Assembly: GCA_030704615.1 (NCBI GenBank)
Contig: CM060734.1
Location: 37,200,001 to 37,264,000, forward strand
Direction: 5' to 3'
Length of the DNA: 64,000 nucleotides
DNA from: Takakia lepidozioides
Lineage: Eukaryota; Plantae; Bryophyta
Notes under the pieces: model-generated
Seen by the model: only the letters and a program-made list of their open reading frames with translations
What the model was told of the DNA's origin: nothing
Databases searched by the model: none
Translations under genes and position numbers: made by a program
Shown here: positions 37,627 to 49,767 of the stretch, piece after piece
Position numbering within the stretch: position 1 is the first letter of the stretch
Layout of the letters: every line of letters begins with the position of its first letter

Positions 37627-38507
37627 TGTCGTGCGCATACATATCGCTACACAACTACATCGCTGTCCAAAACCACACAACACATGTGCACACCACATAC
37701 TAGTATACCACTAGTCCAACCACTAATCCAACCACTAGGCTACAGCTAGTTAGTCACTAGGCTGCCACTATGCTGCCCACTATGGCAGTCACTAGTCCAC
37801 ACAATAGCATAAACTCATGCATATATAACCTCATCACTCAAATACAAGTCAAGTCAAGTGCACCCCACGCCATGGGGAATCCACACTACGGCGCCATAAC
37901 TAGGCGCGGTGAGGCTCAACTCGAGAAAGATGAGCCTCTCGCGCTTGCCGTGAAGATAACCACTCTAGGGCCTAAATTTGCCTTGACCCCTAGATTGACA
38001 CTTGGGCCAATCCCAAATGTCAATATGTAAAAGCTAGCTATTTCCTAGCTAGTTTCACACTAGTGGTAAAATAACTTGACAGCTGTCGTGCATACATATC
38101 GCTACACAACTACGTCGCTGTCCAAAACCACACAACACATGTGCACACCACACACTAGTATACCACTAGTCCAGCCACTAGTCCAACCACTAGGCTACAG
38201 CTAGTCAGTCACTATGCTGCCCACTATGGCAGTCTCTAGTCCACACAATCGCCCCCCTAGCTGGTGCTTAGGTCCCTCTAAGTCCAGGTAGCTACAAGAT
38301 GTGATAGTGACCATAGCCTCACTAAGTCCTCCACCACTATCTCTACTACACTCAAACTCGATAGATCAAGAGGCCGGGTGCAAGAGTTGCCCCATCGTTA
38401 GTCGCCATCTTGCAACCTGTGAACTTGAGCTTGGGATCTCATGTATTGACTCCTATGAGCTTGGCCTCCCATGTCTTGTTAGCTGCCTCCAGTCATGTCC
38501 ATTGCCA

Positions 38508-39233
38508 CTATCCCAAGCAGTGTGGACACAACCAATCTCCGTCAGGAACCTTCTCAAGAGGTGGTGTCAAGCATCCCATATGCCAACCCCTTGAGCATCG
38601 ATCACACACCAGCATGGTGGCTGCCCCTTTGGCAGACCCACAGAGCATGTACCTCAAACCTGCAGGTACCACTGCCAAGTTTGGGTCAACTCTGCGATCG
38701 ACATTGGGAAGGTGACATGGCGCACAATTACGCACATGGTCTTTCCAAGTCATGCCATCCCGACCCTCCAAGATCAGGACCCCTGAGGGCAACACCTCTC
38801 GAACCCTCAGAATAACACGCCCTGCAGTAACATCCAGAGTCGTAGGAGCAGTCTGCTGCAAATAAACATAGTCACCAGGGCTAAACCTCCGAACCCCAGG
38901 ACGATATCCTCCACCACGTATAGTGGCATACCTCAACGTATCACGGTGCTGTGCAATGGCAATGTTCTCAAAAGCCATGGGCATGACTTTCTTGAACAAC
39001 TCTGCACGCTGATCACATGCACGTACCCACACGTCCGGATCGTCAAGGTTAAGGACTTGAGCAGTGTCCCTACGAATGGCTGCAGGCAAATCCGGCTCTC
39101 GGCCAAAGAGAAGTAAATATGGTGAGAAGGAGGCAAGTGATGTTTGTTTGCTGAACATGTAGCCCATGGCTAACCAAGGAACCTGAAGATCCCAATCTCC
39201 TAGGTGTCCCTTCTGCAATCCATACTTGCGCAA
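38508..39233 (-). pseudogene. Integrase C-terminal half fused to a PHD finger
   Basis: DWDLQVPWLAMGY...SPYLLLFGREP...FSPGDYVYL, then YMLC...MLVCDRCSRGWHMGCLTPPLEKVPDGDWLCPHC (C4HC3 pattern, first Cys replaced by Tyr). Confidence 0.9.
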
Positions 39234-39235
39234 AC

Positions 39236-40150
39236 CCCTACCACCATAGTAGCCCTAAGCCATGAGGTGGTTGCCACAAACCAAGCCTTCTTTCTCACTT
39301 AACCTCCCCAAACACAGTTTAGCCATTTCTCCAAGGGGTTTAGCCACGCCAAGCTAAGGTTTGTGTCTCTTGGACTCTAGGCTTCTTTCCACCGAGCTAT
39401 GGCGGCTGTGAGGAAATCAGCAAGGTATTCTTGCTCTTTCGGCTCCCACACACCACCATAGTAGCCCTAAGCCATGAGGTGGTTGCCACAAACCAAGCCT
39501 TCTTTATCACTTAGCCTCCCCAAACACGCCACTAAACTCAATGGCAAACAACCAAGCCCTGCTAGTTCCCAGCCCTTGTGAGCACTCATTCAAGCACTCT
39601 CCTTGGCCATAGCATCTGTCTTAGAGCCTATTCCAGCCCCCTACACCTGCTGCTTCAAGAGTTGCACTCCCTTCAAGCTTGAAGTTGAAACCCCAACTCA
39701 CATAGGCCCTACAAGTGCTTTTCTTTCACTCCAAGTGGAAACCAGCCCTAGACCTTCCGTTCTAGCTCTCTAAAGCTTGAAAACAAGAGCCTCAATGGGC
39801 TGAAGGCATGCTCCACACATGCCCTACTCTCACCATAAGAGAATCAGCTCCTTTGCTTCATTTCTTGCACCCACAAACCTGAAAATACAAGCTTCAGCAG
39901 GCTGAAAGCATGCTCCACATGCCCTACAGGGAAACCAGCCCCTTCCTTCCTTTCTTGCACTCCCACATCTGAAAGTGCAAGCCTTCACCAGGCTGATAGC
40001 ATGCTCCACACATGCATTGCCCTCACATAAGGGAAGTCAGCCCTTCCTCTTCCTTGCTTGCCCTCCAAGCTCGAAGATGGAAGCTTCAATGAGCTGAATA
40101 CATGCTCCACACATGCAACCTCTTCACACAAGAGATATCAGCCCCCTATC
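39236..40150. repeat. Internal repeats of E3 (an ~75-bp duplication and ~100-bp imperfect tandem units)
   Basis: ACCACCATAGTAGCCCTAAGCCATGAGG occurs near 39239 and 39452. GCTGA..GCATGCTCCACA recurs four times between 39798 and 40112. Confidence 0.8.
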
Positions 40151-41197
40151 TTGGCTCCTTGGCTCCTTGATGCTCTCTAAGACAAGACTAAGCACTCCAC
40201 AGCCCTTGCCAAGCTCCTGAAACCCTAAGGCTTACATTTCCAGCCACAAGACACTCCTCTTGTGGTGCAAGAACTTTTCTTCCAAGCTCTGAAACCCTAG
40301 GTGCACATTCCATGGCCTTGCCGCACCTCTTAGCTCCTGTTCTAGCCCCGCTCTTGCCATGGCAAGAGCCCTCATACCGCTGGAGTTTCAGATTTGAAAC
40401 CCCCAACTCAACATAGCCACAAATGCATTGGCTTGCATACAAGAGAAATCAGCCATCTCTCTTCACTCATACCTCCTTATGAGCTTGAAGTTGGAGCTCC
40501 TGATAACTGTGACTTACATCTAACACCCTCGCAGCTCCACATTGTTGCAGCTCCTTAACTTGGCCTACAGCTGAAGAAGACGTCCACCAGTTCACCCACT
40601 CGAGACCAGCATCTCCCCCGCTTCACACTAGAAGCCCAAACTTGGTTGCCATAGCGTTGAGCTATGCAACGCCGCTCTTCAATATAGACTACCCGCCTCT
40701 CTATCCATTGCAAACCTGCAACCTGTTTGCCTTTGCACTCTATCCACTTTGGATAGGCTCATGCATGGATCCCTGCACTCTAGGCTGAACCACTTCTCAT
40801 GAAAACATAAGTGCTACAAAACAACTCGAACCTGACACTCATAGACTCGAGCTGATCTTTCTCAAGTGATAACGAAAAAGAATACAAGCACAAGCTCATG
40901 CGAGCTCACAAAGCTGAAGCATAAACTCATGCGTATATAACCTCATCACTCAAATACAAGTCAAGCCAAGTGCACCCCACGCCATGGGGAATCCACACTA
41001 CGACGCCATAGCTAGGCGCAGTGAGGCTCAACTCGAGAAAGATGAGCGTCCCGCACTTGCCGTGAAGATAACCACTCCAGGGCCTAAATCTGCCTTGACC
41101 CCTAGATTGACACTTGGGCCAATCCCAAATGTCAATATGTAAAAGCTAGCTATTTCTTAGCTAGTTTCACACTAGTGGTAAAATAACTTGACATACT

Positions 41198-43416
41198 TGC
41201 TTTGCAAAGATGTTAAATTTTAGTGGGGTAAGGCAGAAGCGTTGGCCTTGAGAGACTCAAGATAGCCTTGACTTCTGCTCCTATACTCATATTTCCTGAT
41301 TTCTTCATTCCCTTTCTGCTGCAGACTGATGCTAGTGACCTAGCTGTTTCAGCCATCCTAAGCCAAAAGAAGGATGGTCGTGAGCATGTTGTTGCTTATG
41401 CATCTAGAAGGCTAGATAAGCATGAGAGAAATTATAGCATTACCGATAAGGAAGACCTAGCAGTTATATTTGGTGTCAAGCATTTCCGTCAGTATTTACA
41501 TGGTTGTTATTTTACTGTTGAGACTGACCACCTGCCTCTCAAAGCCTTGAAAACTCCACGAGAATTATCAGGTAGATTGGCTCGCTGGTCTCTTCTTCTA
41601 CAAGGGTTTGAATATGACATTGCATATAAAAAGGGCAAAGAAAATGGTAACGCTGATGCATTGACAAGAGGGGAAACAAAGGTTCCCACCCCTTACTCTT
41701 CTCTTGATGATTTAATTGCTTTACCTGCATCTGTTCCTAGTTCTACCATCACTGCAGATCAGCTTTTGTTTTGTAGCTTGCTTGATGAGATGCCTAGGTC
41801 CATGAACTTGTTGGATGATTGGAATCTCATGACATTTGACCCTGGTTGATCATCTTGTGGGTGGAAGGGTGTGCAACAGATCGCATCTGCAGATTTCAGA
41901 GTGATTGTATCTTCTTAGTTTATGCATATCCTGTCTTTTCCATAGCTGCAATAATGATTTATTCCCCTTAGGACCTGCGCTTCAGCCCTGCCTGTTACCT
42001 CCATGACCATGTTCAGATGTGGTATGAGACTCTTATGTTATAGGAGAACACAGAGGCTGACACTCCTATCTCCTTATATTAACCCACTGCTCGCTGGTCT
42101 TGCTAAGTGTACAGGTATGGAGAATCAGTTGCATTTGGGTCTACTCCATAAGTGCATGACCGGCACTCAACTTCCAGGCATATCCAAGGCTACTCAAAGA
42201 CAGGTTAACTATCATTTTCCCCATTGTGAGGCACGTGAAGGTAAACTGTTCATGAGGATTGCCTTGGAAGGTCAGACCCATGCTATGGAGGTTCCTAATA
42301 GGGATTCAGTTTCAGAGTTGCTTGAGTTGCATCATTCTTCTGCTTTTGCTGGTCACTTGGGCATCACTAAGACCTTGAAGAGGCTCTAAGAGAGGTATCA
42401 TTGGAAAGGGATGGTTCAAGATGTTACACACTTTATCTCTTGCTGTGTGGAGTGCCATTCTCAGACACTGCTTCCTAGGGCCCATCCTTCACTTGCTTTG
42501 CAACCCATTCTGGTGTCTGAACCATTCGCCAGAGTGGGCCTAGATCTTGTTGGGCCACTCCAACCTACGTTTAAGGGACATTGTTACATTGATGTGGCAA
42601 CTGATTACCTATCTAAGTGGGTGGAGGTTCACCCCTTGGCTGCTAAGGATGCAGACACAGTGGCACAGTTCTTCTTCAACGAGGTCATTTTGCACCATGG
42701 CTGTCCCCATGAGATCCTCACCGATCAAGGCTCTGAATTTTGTAATCAGCTCATGCACATTGTGTGTTTTAATTTGGGTGTTAAGCATCGTACGACTGCA
42801 CCCTATCATCCTCAATGCAATGGCTTGACTGAAAGGCTCAAATCATACCATGTGTGCTATGCTTGAGAAGATAGGGTCACTCTTGGGTGATTGGGATACT
42901 ACTCTACCCACTCTGATTTTTGCTTATCGGACCTTTGTGCACTCTACCACCGGGTGTTCTCCATTTGAGTTACTCTATGGTAGAAATGCTCGCACTCCCC
43001 TGTATAATACTCCGTTGCTCACTCCCATTGCAGAACCCACTGATTGGCAGCAATTTGTGGATGCTATGCTTTCCAAACGGCTTGTCTTTGAAACTAAGGC
43101 CAGGACTAACATTTCTTGGGCTCAGGCTGTGCAGGCTCGTAACTACAACAGGAAAGTTCACTACTCAGAGGAATTCTTGGTGGGCCAAACTGTGTGTATC
43201 CGTCTGCAATCAAGGAAAATTATCTCCAAAGCTTCGAAGCGCATTGAGAGTCCTTATCTCATCACTGAAAATCTTCATGGAAGAAAGTCCTTGTTGCTTC
43301 CCCAACATCATTCCACGCCACCCATAACTCACCCTGTGCATGTGGACTCCCTGGTGCACAGCAGATTGGTCTTCGATCTCACCTGCATCAATGTAGAAGG
43401 CAGGACGACTGGCTGA
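41198..43416 (+). pseudogene. pol 3' part: RNase H and DDE integrase (disrupted)
   Basis: LQTDASD, VAYASR, ETDHLPL, NADAL; HHCC zinc finger (HSSAFAGHLG...CVEC); GLDLVGP, LTDQGSEF, HPQCNGLTER. Confidence 0.95.
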
Positions 43417-45603
43417 TTTTTGTGTGTGATTGAGTGCAGGGATTAAAGGCTGGAGTGTTGCAGTCTTGTGTGTTTTCTGGAGGTCCAAGCTATGGCCTCT
43501 CTTATGTGCTTTCTGATGGTTCAAACAATGGCCATCTCTGGTGTTGTGTGGTGTGCAAATAATGGTCTGCTGCAGACCTGCGACATCTGGTGTTAGAGGA
43601 GGTGGAAGACCTTAGCACAGGCTTTAGCTTCGTGTTAGTGTTTTGCATCACTGTTGTAACGTGATAGGGGTTTTCCCCCCATCGAGTTTTGCCCTTAGCC
43701 CATTTTGCTGGTGCAAGGTTTTCTCGCTGAGGGTTTTTTCATCCCTCTCGCTCCGGATGCTAGTATTAGGTATGGTGTGATTTACTTAGCTTCGGAAGTT
43801 TGATATTTCAGTTAGCTCGCAGGAGCTCGCTTTCTTAGCGGGGGCAAGCTTTACATATGTGGAGCTCCAGATTCCATGGCGGTGCATATGCTCTCCTGTC
43901 AGTCCCTTGGATGAAAAGCATGGGGTTGTTGGACATTAATGATAACAGGGACTATCTTTGGTTATATGATTGTACGTTAACACTCATGAGATAAGCCAAC
44001 CTGGAAACTGAGCTGGCTGATGTGAGGTCTTGTAATATGCATGTCCAATAAGAGTGCTGCATCTGGATCTCCAGATTAGCCTCTCCCGATTATTTAAATG
44101 AAGAGATCATCAGGCTTAGGCAGGATGTTTTTGGTGTACAAACTGGTGCAGTGGATGTGTGAAGGACGCTGGATGAAATTGTGTTGATGCTTTGCTGCGT
44201 GCAACGATTGGCTTAGATTGTATGTGTGCTCTGCAATAGATCCTTCCCTGTCAGCTTGCCAAAGTTCTATAGCTTACAATCCCATGGGCATGACTTAATC
44301 CGCAGAGGACGAGAGCATATCCTTGCGTCGGGGTTCTAGCTTTACACTCTACGGGGCGCTACCTAGTTCGTAACACACCCGCTAGCTTGGCGCGGGCGTT
44401 CCCCACTGCAACGCACTCCAGGTCCCAAACAAGTTAGGATTCACCAATATAAGCCCACGCAAAGAACGAAGAAATATTTGAAGCGTTGTTTATGGTCAGG
44501 GGGCATTGTCCCTTTTCTCTGCCTTATGGTATGTTGCTTGAGGTTATTTTTTCCTCATCCTTTTTTTAATAATAAAGTTAATCCAGGGCCTCTATTCCCT
44601 GTTGGTTAAAAAAAAAAATTAAAATTAAAATTAACCCTTCAGTTCCCAAGCGACCTGAATCGGGTCACTTTGTATTTTCAGATCGACCTAATTTTTGCAG
44701 ATCTAATCTGATGGGGCCCACTCCTGAAGCTTTAATGACAAGGGATTTGTCTTGAGTATGATGTAAAAAACAAAATTAAAAAAAAAACAAAAGCTACGAC
44801 CTACAAAAAATATCTTAGATCTCTCATTTACGTTTTGGGGCGTGAAAAGGGCTTGTTGACCGCTGACGTGGCAGGTAAACAAGCCGAAAACATGTTTGCA
44901 CTCCAAAGGCCATTTTTGGCAGAAAATTAGCAATTTTGGAAAAAGCACTTCACCTTGTCATGTGTGAGCATTACATACACACATCCACCATTGGCTTTTA
45001 AAAAATTTGTAGAAAAAAAAGTACTTCATTTGGAGGCACATTTTCTCTTGTCAATTTTGAGATTTCAACCCCCCCCCCCCCCTGTAATTGCATGAATAGC
45101 AAGCATAGGTGAAAAAAGCAGTTGGACCTGCAATATAGTGGGGTCATAGCCACTCCACTATTGATTTGGAAATGGTGGGTCTTGGGGCAAGCAAAATTGG
45201 ATAAAGCTAGGTTTTGATTTGGTCAAACCAATTTCTTTCTCACTTCTTTTTCGGGACCTGATATTTGAGGTCCGGGCCAACTTTATAATCTCACAATTTC
45301 CACAGTGGACTTGGCTCATTTTTTGGTATGTCATGCATAAATGAGCTGGCCCAATGCTATAAGGAGCGACCACAATAGACAGTAACTGAAGACTGTAGAC
45401 CCTGCTGAAGGGAGCAGAATGATAGCAGGGGACATGGAGGGGGAGAGAGAGGAGGTGAAGGAAGGAGGTAGAGCCTCCTGCAGGGCAGCCAAGAGGAGTG
45501 GACGTAATATCGACTAGGCAGGGATGGAAGCGTGAGTAGGCGGGATTATGCGATTTAGGTTTTCTGCTCAAAATCAAGGAATCTGCATCAACTGCCCTTA
45601 ACG

Positions 45604-48600
45604 ATGCTGGGATCGCTGCGGTTCATTCCACGAGAGGAGGTCGCGGATAAGAAAGTATGATCCGCCTTCTCTTTCGATCAAAACAAATATCCAACGCTTG
45701 ATGGAATTAATTCTTGCAAGTGCGTCTCATTTTCTTCGTGAAACTAAGCATATATGTGGATGTGCAGAATGATGGAGATGTTGTCTCGACGAAGCGGAAA
45801 ACAAAAAAGGAGCATGGGCCCAGACCCAAAGAGAGAAGAAAGCACATGAGCAGCAGAGAACAGGACGACGAGTTGTCAGGTGGCTCAGGTATTTAGGTTT
45901 TGCTTTTCTTTGCTTTAAACCAACTTCTTTGGGGCTCATTCTGAGACAGCACTTGACTCTTCCTCTTTTTATTGCCTCTTCTTTTTGCCGAAGTTGTCCT
46001 GTTGTCGTTGTTTTGATCTTTGAAGGGTCTTGTTTACCTTGGATATGGCCATGTCACTTTATATTCGATCACCTCTCAAATGTGAGTTAGGAGTTTACTA
46101 GGCTCTCACACTGATATACATATATAATGTGCATGCTCTTTAGAGGAGTACAATGCCAGGGGAAATGAGGGGGTGAAACAAGATGATGCGAGGAAGGAAG
46201 CTGGATTAGAGTGGATGATGCGGGCACCGGATCGACCTGCCACTGTTGCAGTTGCCGAGGAGGCCCCAGGTTTCTTGGAGGTATGCTACCTGTGTAACAT
46301 CGGTCCATTGTTCTTTGCAAGGATGTTGGCACAGCCAGAGGGTTAGGATTTTGGCTTATGTTTCTAATGGGACAAATTTTTGGAACTTATCGGTGCAGAC
46401 ACCTCAGCCTTCTGTGAGAGAATTAAACCCCTATTGGAAAGACCATGGCGATGGCTTGCCAGCCAAAAAAGATGAGGGAGGAGGGTTGCGCAAGGTGGCA
46501 CAAAGTGGACTTCCACGACCTCCTGGCGTCGGTGATGGAGGTGCAAGTTGGCGCCTGAAAGCTTTGAAAAGAGCACAAGAGCAAGCCGCTCGTGAAGGTC
46601 GTCAGCTGGATGAGGTCCTAGAAGCTATTGCCAAACTCCATTGCATCATAGGTATTTGAAATGCGCAAGGATATATGCTTTACTGCATTGTTTTGGCTGA
46701 GTCTGAGTGTGGTGTACACCTGTGAGGCTTACCTGTTGACAGAGATTTCATCCCAATTGGATTTCTTCTTTGGGTGGACATGGGTGTGAATGTCTGTCCC
46801 TTCTTTCTGAGGAGATAAGAGTGTTTGGGCAGGTAGTAGAAGAGCGCTGGGGGTCACTGGCAACCCTCACCACCAGTGTTGCAACACGGAGAGCTGCTCA
46901 TGCGAATGCACACTTACATGCTAGAAGAGACAGAAAGCGCGAGACTGAGGGCAGCGATGTCGTGGGAGGACTGGGAAAAGGGGAGGTAGATGTTGAACCA
47001 GGGAATGAGGATGAGAAGAGAATGAAGAAAACAAGTAGAGAGTATCTTCATGATGTCAAAGTGGAAGGCTCTCGCATGAAGGCACCTAAGGTAGATGGCT
47101 CATTATCTTGGAAAAATAAGGGAGGAGGTGGAAACCAACGTATTCGTCCTGAAGATGCGGCAGTTTTACAGGCTGCTGCAGCAACTTATAACAAGTTTGA
47201 TAATGATGGCAACTTTCTCAAGAGTTTGAGAGCCAATGAGGCTAAAGAAGGCAGTGGCTTATCGAACAATGGGACACATGATCAAGTACGCAGTGGTGAA
47301 TCTGACACTAGTGCACGAGTTTCTGACAATAAGGAAGCTTTGCATCCCAGAGGGCATGACCCTGATACCAGGCAAATGCAAGGCCTGAGCAACAATCAAG
47401 TTGCTGCAAAAGTGATGCGATTGCGGTTGCAAGGCAAGCTTCAAGAAGCACAGGACCTCCAGGTATACTTGTGCCTTCCATTCCTTGCAAACGGGGGGAG
47501 AGAGAGAATGTAGACGTTGTTTGCCGTAGCCTTGTGGCATCGACCCCGTGCCCAGTTTGAGCGGAACACAAAGGAACAGAAACTTCATTTGTCAGGGGCT
47601 GACGCAGGTAGTATGACTTACCTTGAAATTGATGCCAGTTTTCCAGGTATCCTCTAGAAATCCCTCACACGAATGTCAATCTGCTGTGTGTGATCTGCCC
47701 AATAACTAGACCCCAAAAGGGCCTGGGCTTCAGGCTCAGTCACGAGATTTGCAAAGTTGGTAAATAGAGGCACAGGAATAATTCCCTTGATGGAATTGCA
47801 AGGGAGTCTCTGGTGAGACTACCCAGGACAATGAATCAGAAAGTGGATATTGTCTTCAGGTTGCTCACACAACGGGCACTTACAATCCCCTTTTCCTCTC
47901 TGCATCTGTTTGCTGTTCAAAGGTGGGCTACCCGCCCTGAGTGTGAATTTCAGTCTAGTGCCAAGCGTGGGTATACCCTTGAGGTCATCCATGATGGCCT
48001 TACCCATGTCACAGACTGGAAACAGGTTCAGGGAAGTTCTCTGCCTAACTTCATTTTCATCAGACAATTTCCTGGCAACAGACATGGCTTTGGAAACTTC
48101 AGCCTCTAAGTCAGATTATCCAGCAGGGTCATGGCTTGCGGACTTAGATTCAGATCCTTGAAAATTTCTTCTACCCTCTTCCTCCAGGACTTGGCCTATT
48201 TGACAGGGCGCTCCTGCTTCCAAAAAATAGAGTCGATTAACTTAGGAGATCTGGGATTAGTCATACGTTGCAGCTGACCCCACCATCGGACCTTGCATTC
48301 ATCATGTCGGGGGCTTAAGGGAGGAATGCCAAACCCGAACAGCCACATTAGCTGTTTTGGAGCATGCTGACATGCACTCCTTGAGCACCCCCACTTTAAT
48401 GGATTCTAGAGACCTGGTTGGGGGTAGAGAGAGAGAGAGAGAATATACTCATAAGATGTTTGCCGTAGCCTTGTGGCCATAGACCCCGCGCCCAGTTTGG
48501 CATAACCTTGGTGAGGGGTCCTACAGTGGTGGGACTTACTTTGGGCTTTCCAGGACAATGCTGGAAATGTTTCTACGAGTGGATCCACAACAATAATGGC

Positions 48601-49767
48601 CAGGCTTGAGCTTGCACAAAGAAAATTCCAAGTGCGGCAGGAGGGAGACAAAAGTATGGCTGCAAGTATAAGTCGGAACAAGTCTTATAACGTGGAGGAC
48701 GAGTATGATGAGTACAGTGCAGCTGCAGAGAGAAAGAAGAAGAAACCAACTCGGGGCAAGGATCATATATCGACACAGGGCAGGGGGTTCATTGTAACAC
48801 AACAAGAACGCTGCCAATTATGTTTTGAGAATGCAGAAAGGCCAAAGCATCTCACTGTTGCCATTGCCAACCATACCTATCTTATGCTGCCGCCTCGCCA
48901 GCCTCTTGTGCCTGGTCATTGCTTCCTGGTTCCTATGCAGGTATGTCAGAACAGTTTGCGAGGAGTTTTATGACAGCATTTTGTGGTGTGTCCAAACTGT
49001 CTGATTAGCTTCCAGGCAAGCATCTCATCTCTGTCATATATTACACGAGCAGTTTAGATAATGTTCCTTCGCTGCAATGTGAGTGGGTGAGTAACATGCT
49101 CATGGTGGGTTGCAGCATGAAGGAGCTACGCGCAACGTTGATGAGGGTGTTTGGGAGGAACTGCGGAACTTCAAAAAATGTCTAGTTGCCATGTTCAAGT
49201 TACAGGAGAAGGGTCTGGTCTTCTTGGAGACAGCCATGCATCTCTCGCGTCAGCGTCGTCATTGTGTGGTCGAGTGTATTCCCTTACCAACTGCTGCTTC
49301 TAAGCAGGCCCCTCTTTACTTCAAAAAGGTCAGTTGGATGTTTTCAGCCCAGCATGCTTTCCCTCTGTCCCAGAATGCCAGCTGTTAAGCAGGCAGATCC
49401 ATGTGCGTGCATTTTGTAACCATTGACTTTGGTGTGGGTGCAGGCGATAGAGGAGGCAGAAAGTGAGTGGAGCCAGCATAATGCAAAGAAGCTAATTGAC
49501 ACCAGCGGCAAAGGCCTGCGTGCTTGCATTCCCAAAAACTTTCCCTATTTTCATGTTGAGTTTGGCCTCAATGCAGGATTTGTCCATGTGATTGACGATG
49601 AAACAACATTTAAGCCTCAATTTGGTGCAGACGTTGTCCGGGGTATTCTACAAATTACAGCAGGAGAATCTCATGGACATTTTTCTTCATTGAAACAGCA
49701 ACAACAGGCTGTACAAGATTTCTCCAAGATGTGGGAGCCTCATGACTGGACCAAAATGCTGGACTGA
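45604..49767 (+). CDS. CWF19L2: CWF19-like protein 2 (CwfJ C-terminal domains; spliceosome-associated), multi-exon
   Basis: MLGSLRFIPREE|GT; ELNPYWKDHGDGLP; GDGGASWRLKALKRAQEQA; EERWGSL; CQLCFEN; GHCFLVPMQH; FKKAIEEAESEWSQH; PYFHVEFG; WEPHDWTKMLD. GT-AG bounded exons; some internal boundaries approximate. Confidence 0.95.
47495..48510 (-). mobile_element. LINE 3' fragments in a CWF19L2 intron
   Basis: CKCPLCEQPEDNIHFLIHC zinc knuckle. Two copies of a 3'-end repeat ending in (TC)n (47495-47620, 48425-48500). Confidence 0.75.

Larger units (their letters stand above)
37627..41193 (-). mobile_element. Non-autonomous Gypsy-type element E3 with split repeats A...B-GC-A-B, nested in E2 pol
   Basis: A is 41193-40918 and 38081-37806 (276 bp each). 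B is 38249-38084 and 37805-37627. PPT AGGGGGGCG lies just before the first B. Perfect 4-bp TSD TACT (37623-37626, 41194-41197); removing E3 restores host PLFYLLCKDV. Confidence 0.95.
32851..44346 (+). mobile_element. Full-length, mutated Ty3/Gypsy element E2 (ORF0-gag-PR-dUTPase-RT-RH-IN) with split LTRs
   Basis: Repeat A is 32851-33332 and 43858-44337. Repeat B (AGCTTTACA) is 43847-43855 and 44338-44346. PBS at 33333. TSD CCCT/CTCT (one mismatch). Domain order RT-RH-IN. Confidence 0.95.

Noticed and set aside
37627-41193. DIRS/Ngaro tyrosine-recombinase element
   Set aside because: Despite split repeats it has TG..CA ends, a PPT, a 4-bp TSD and a Gypsy integrase tail. No recombinase motif was seen.
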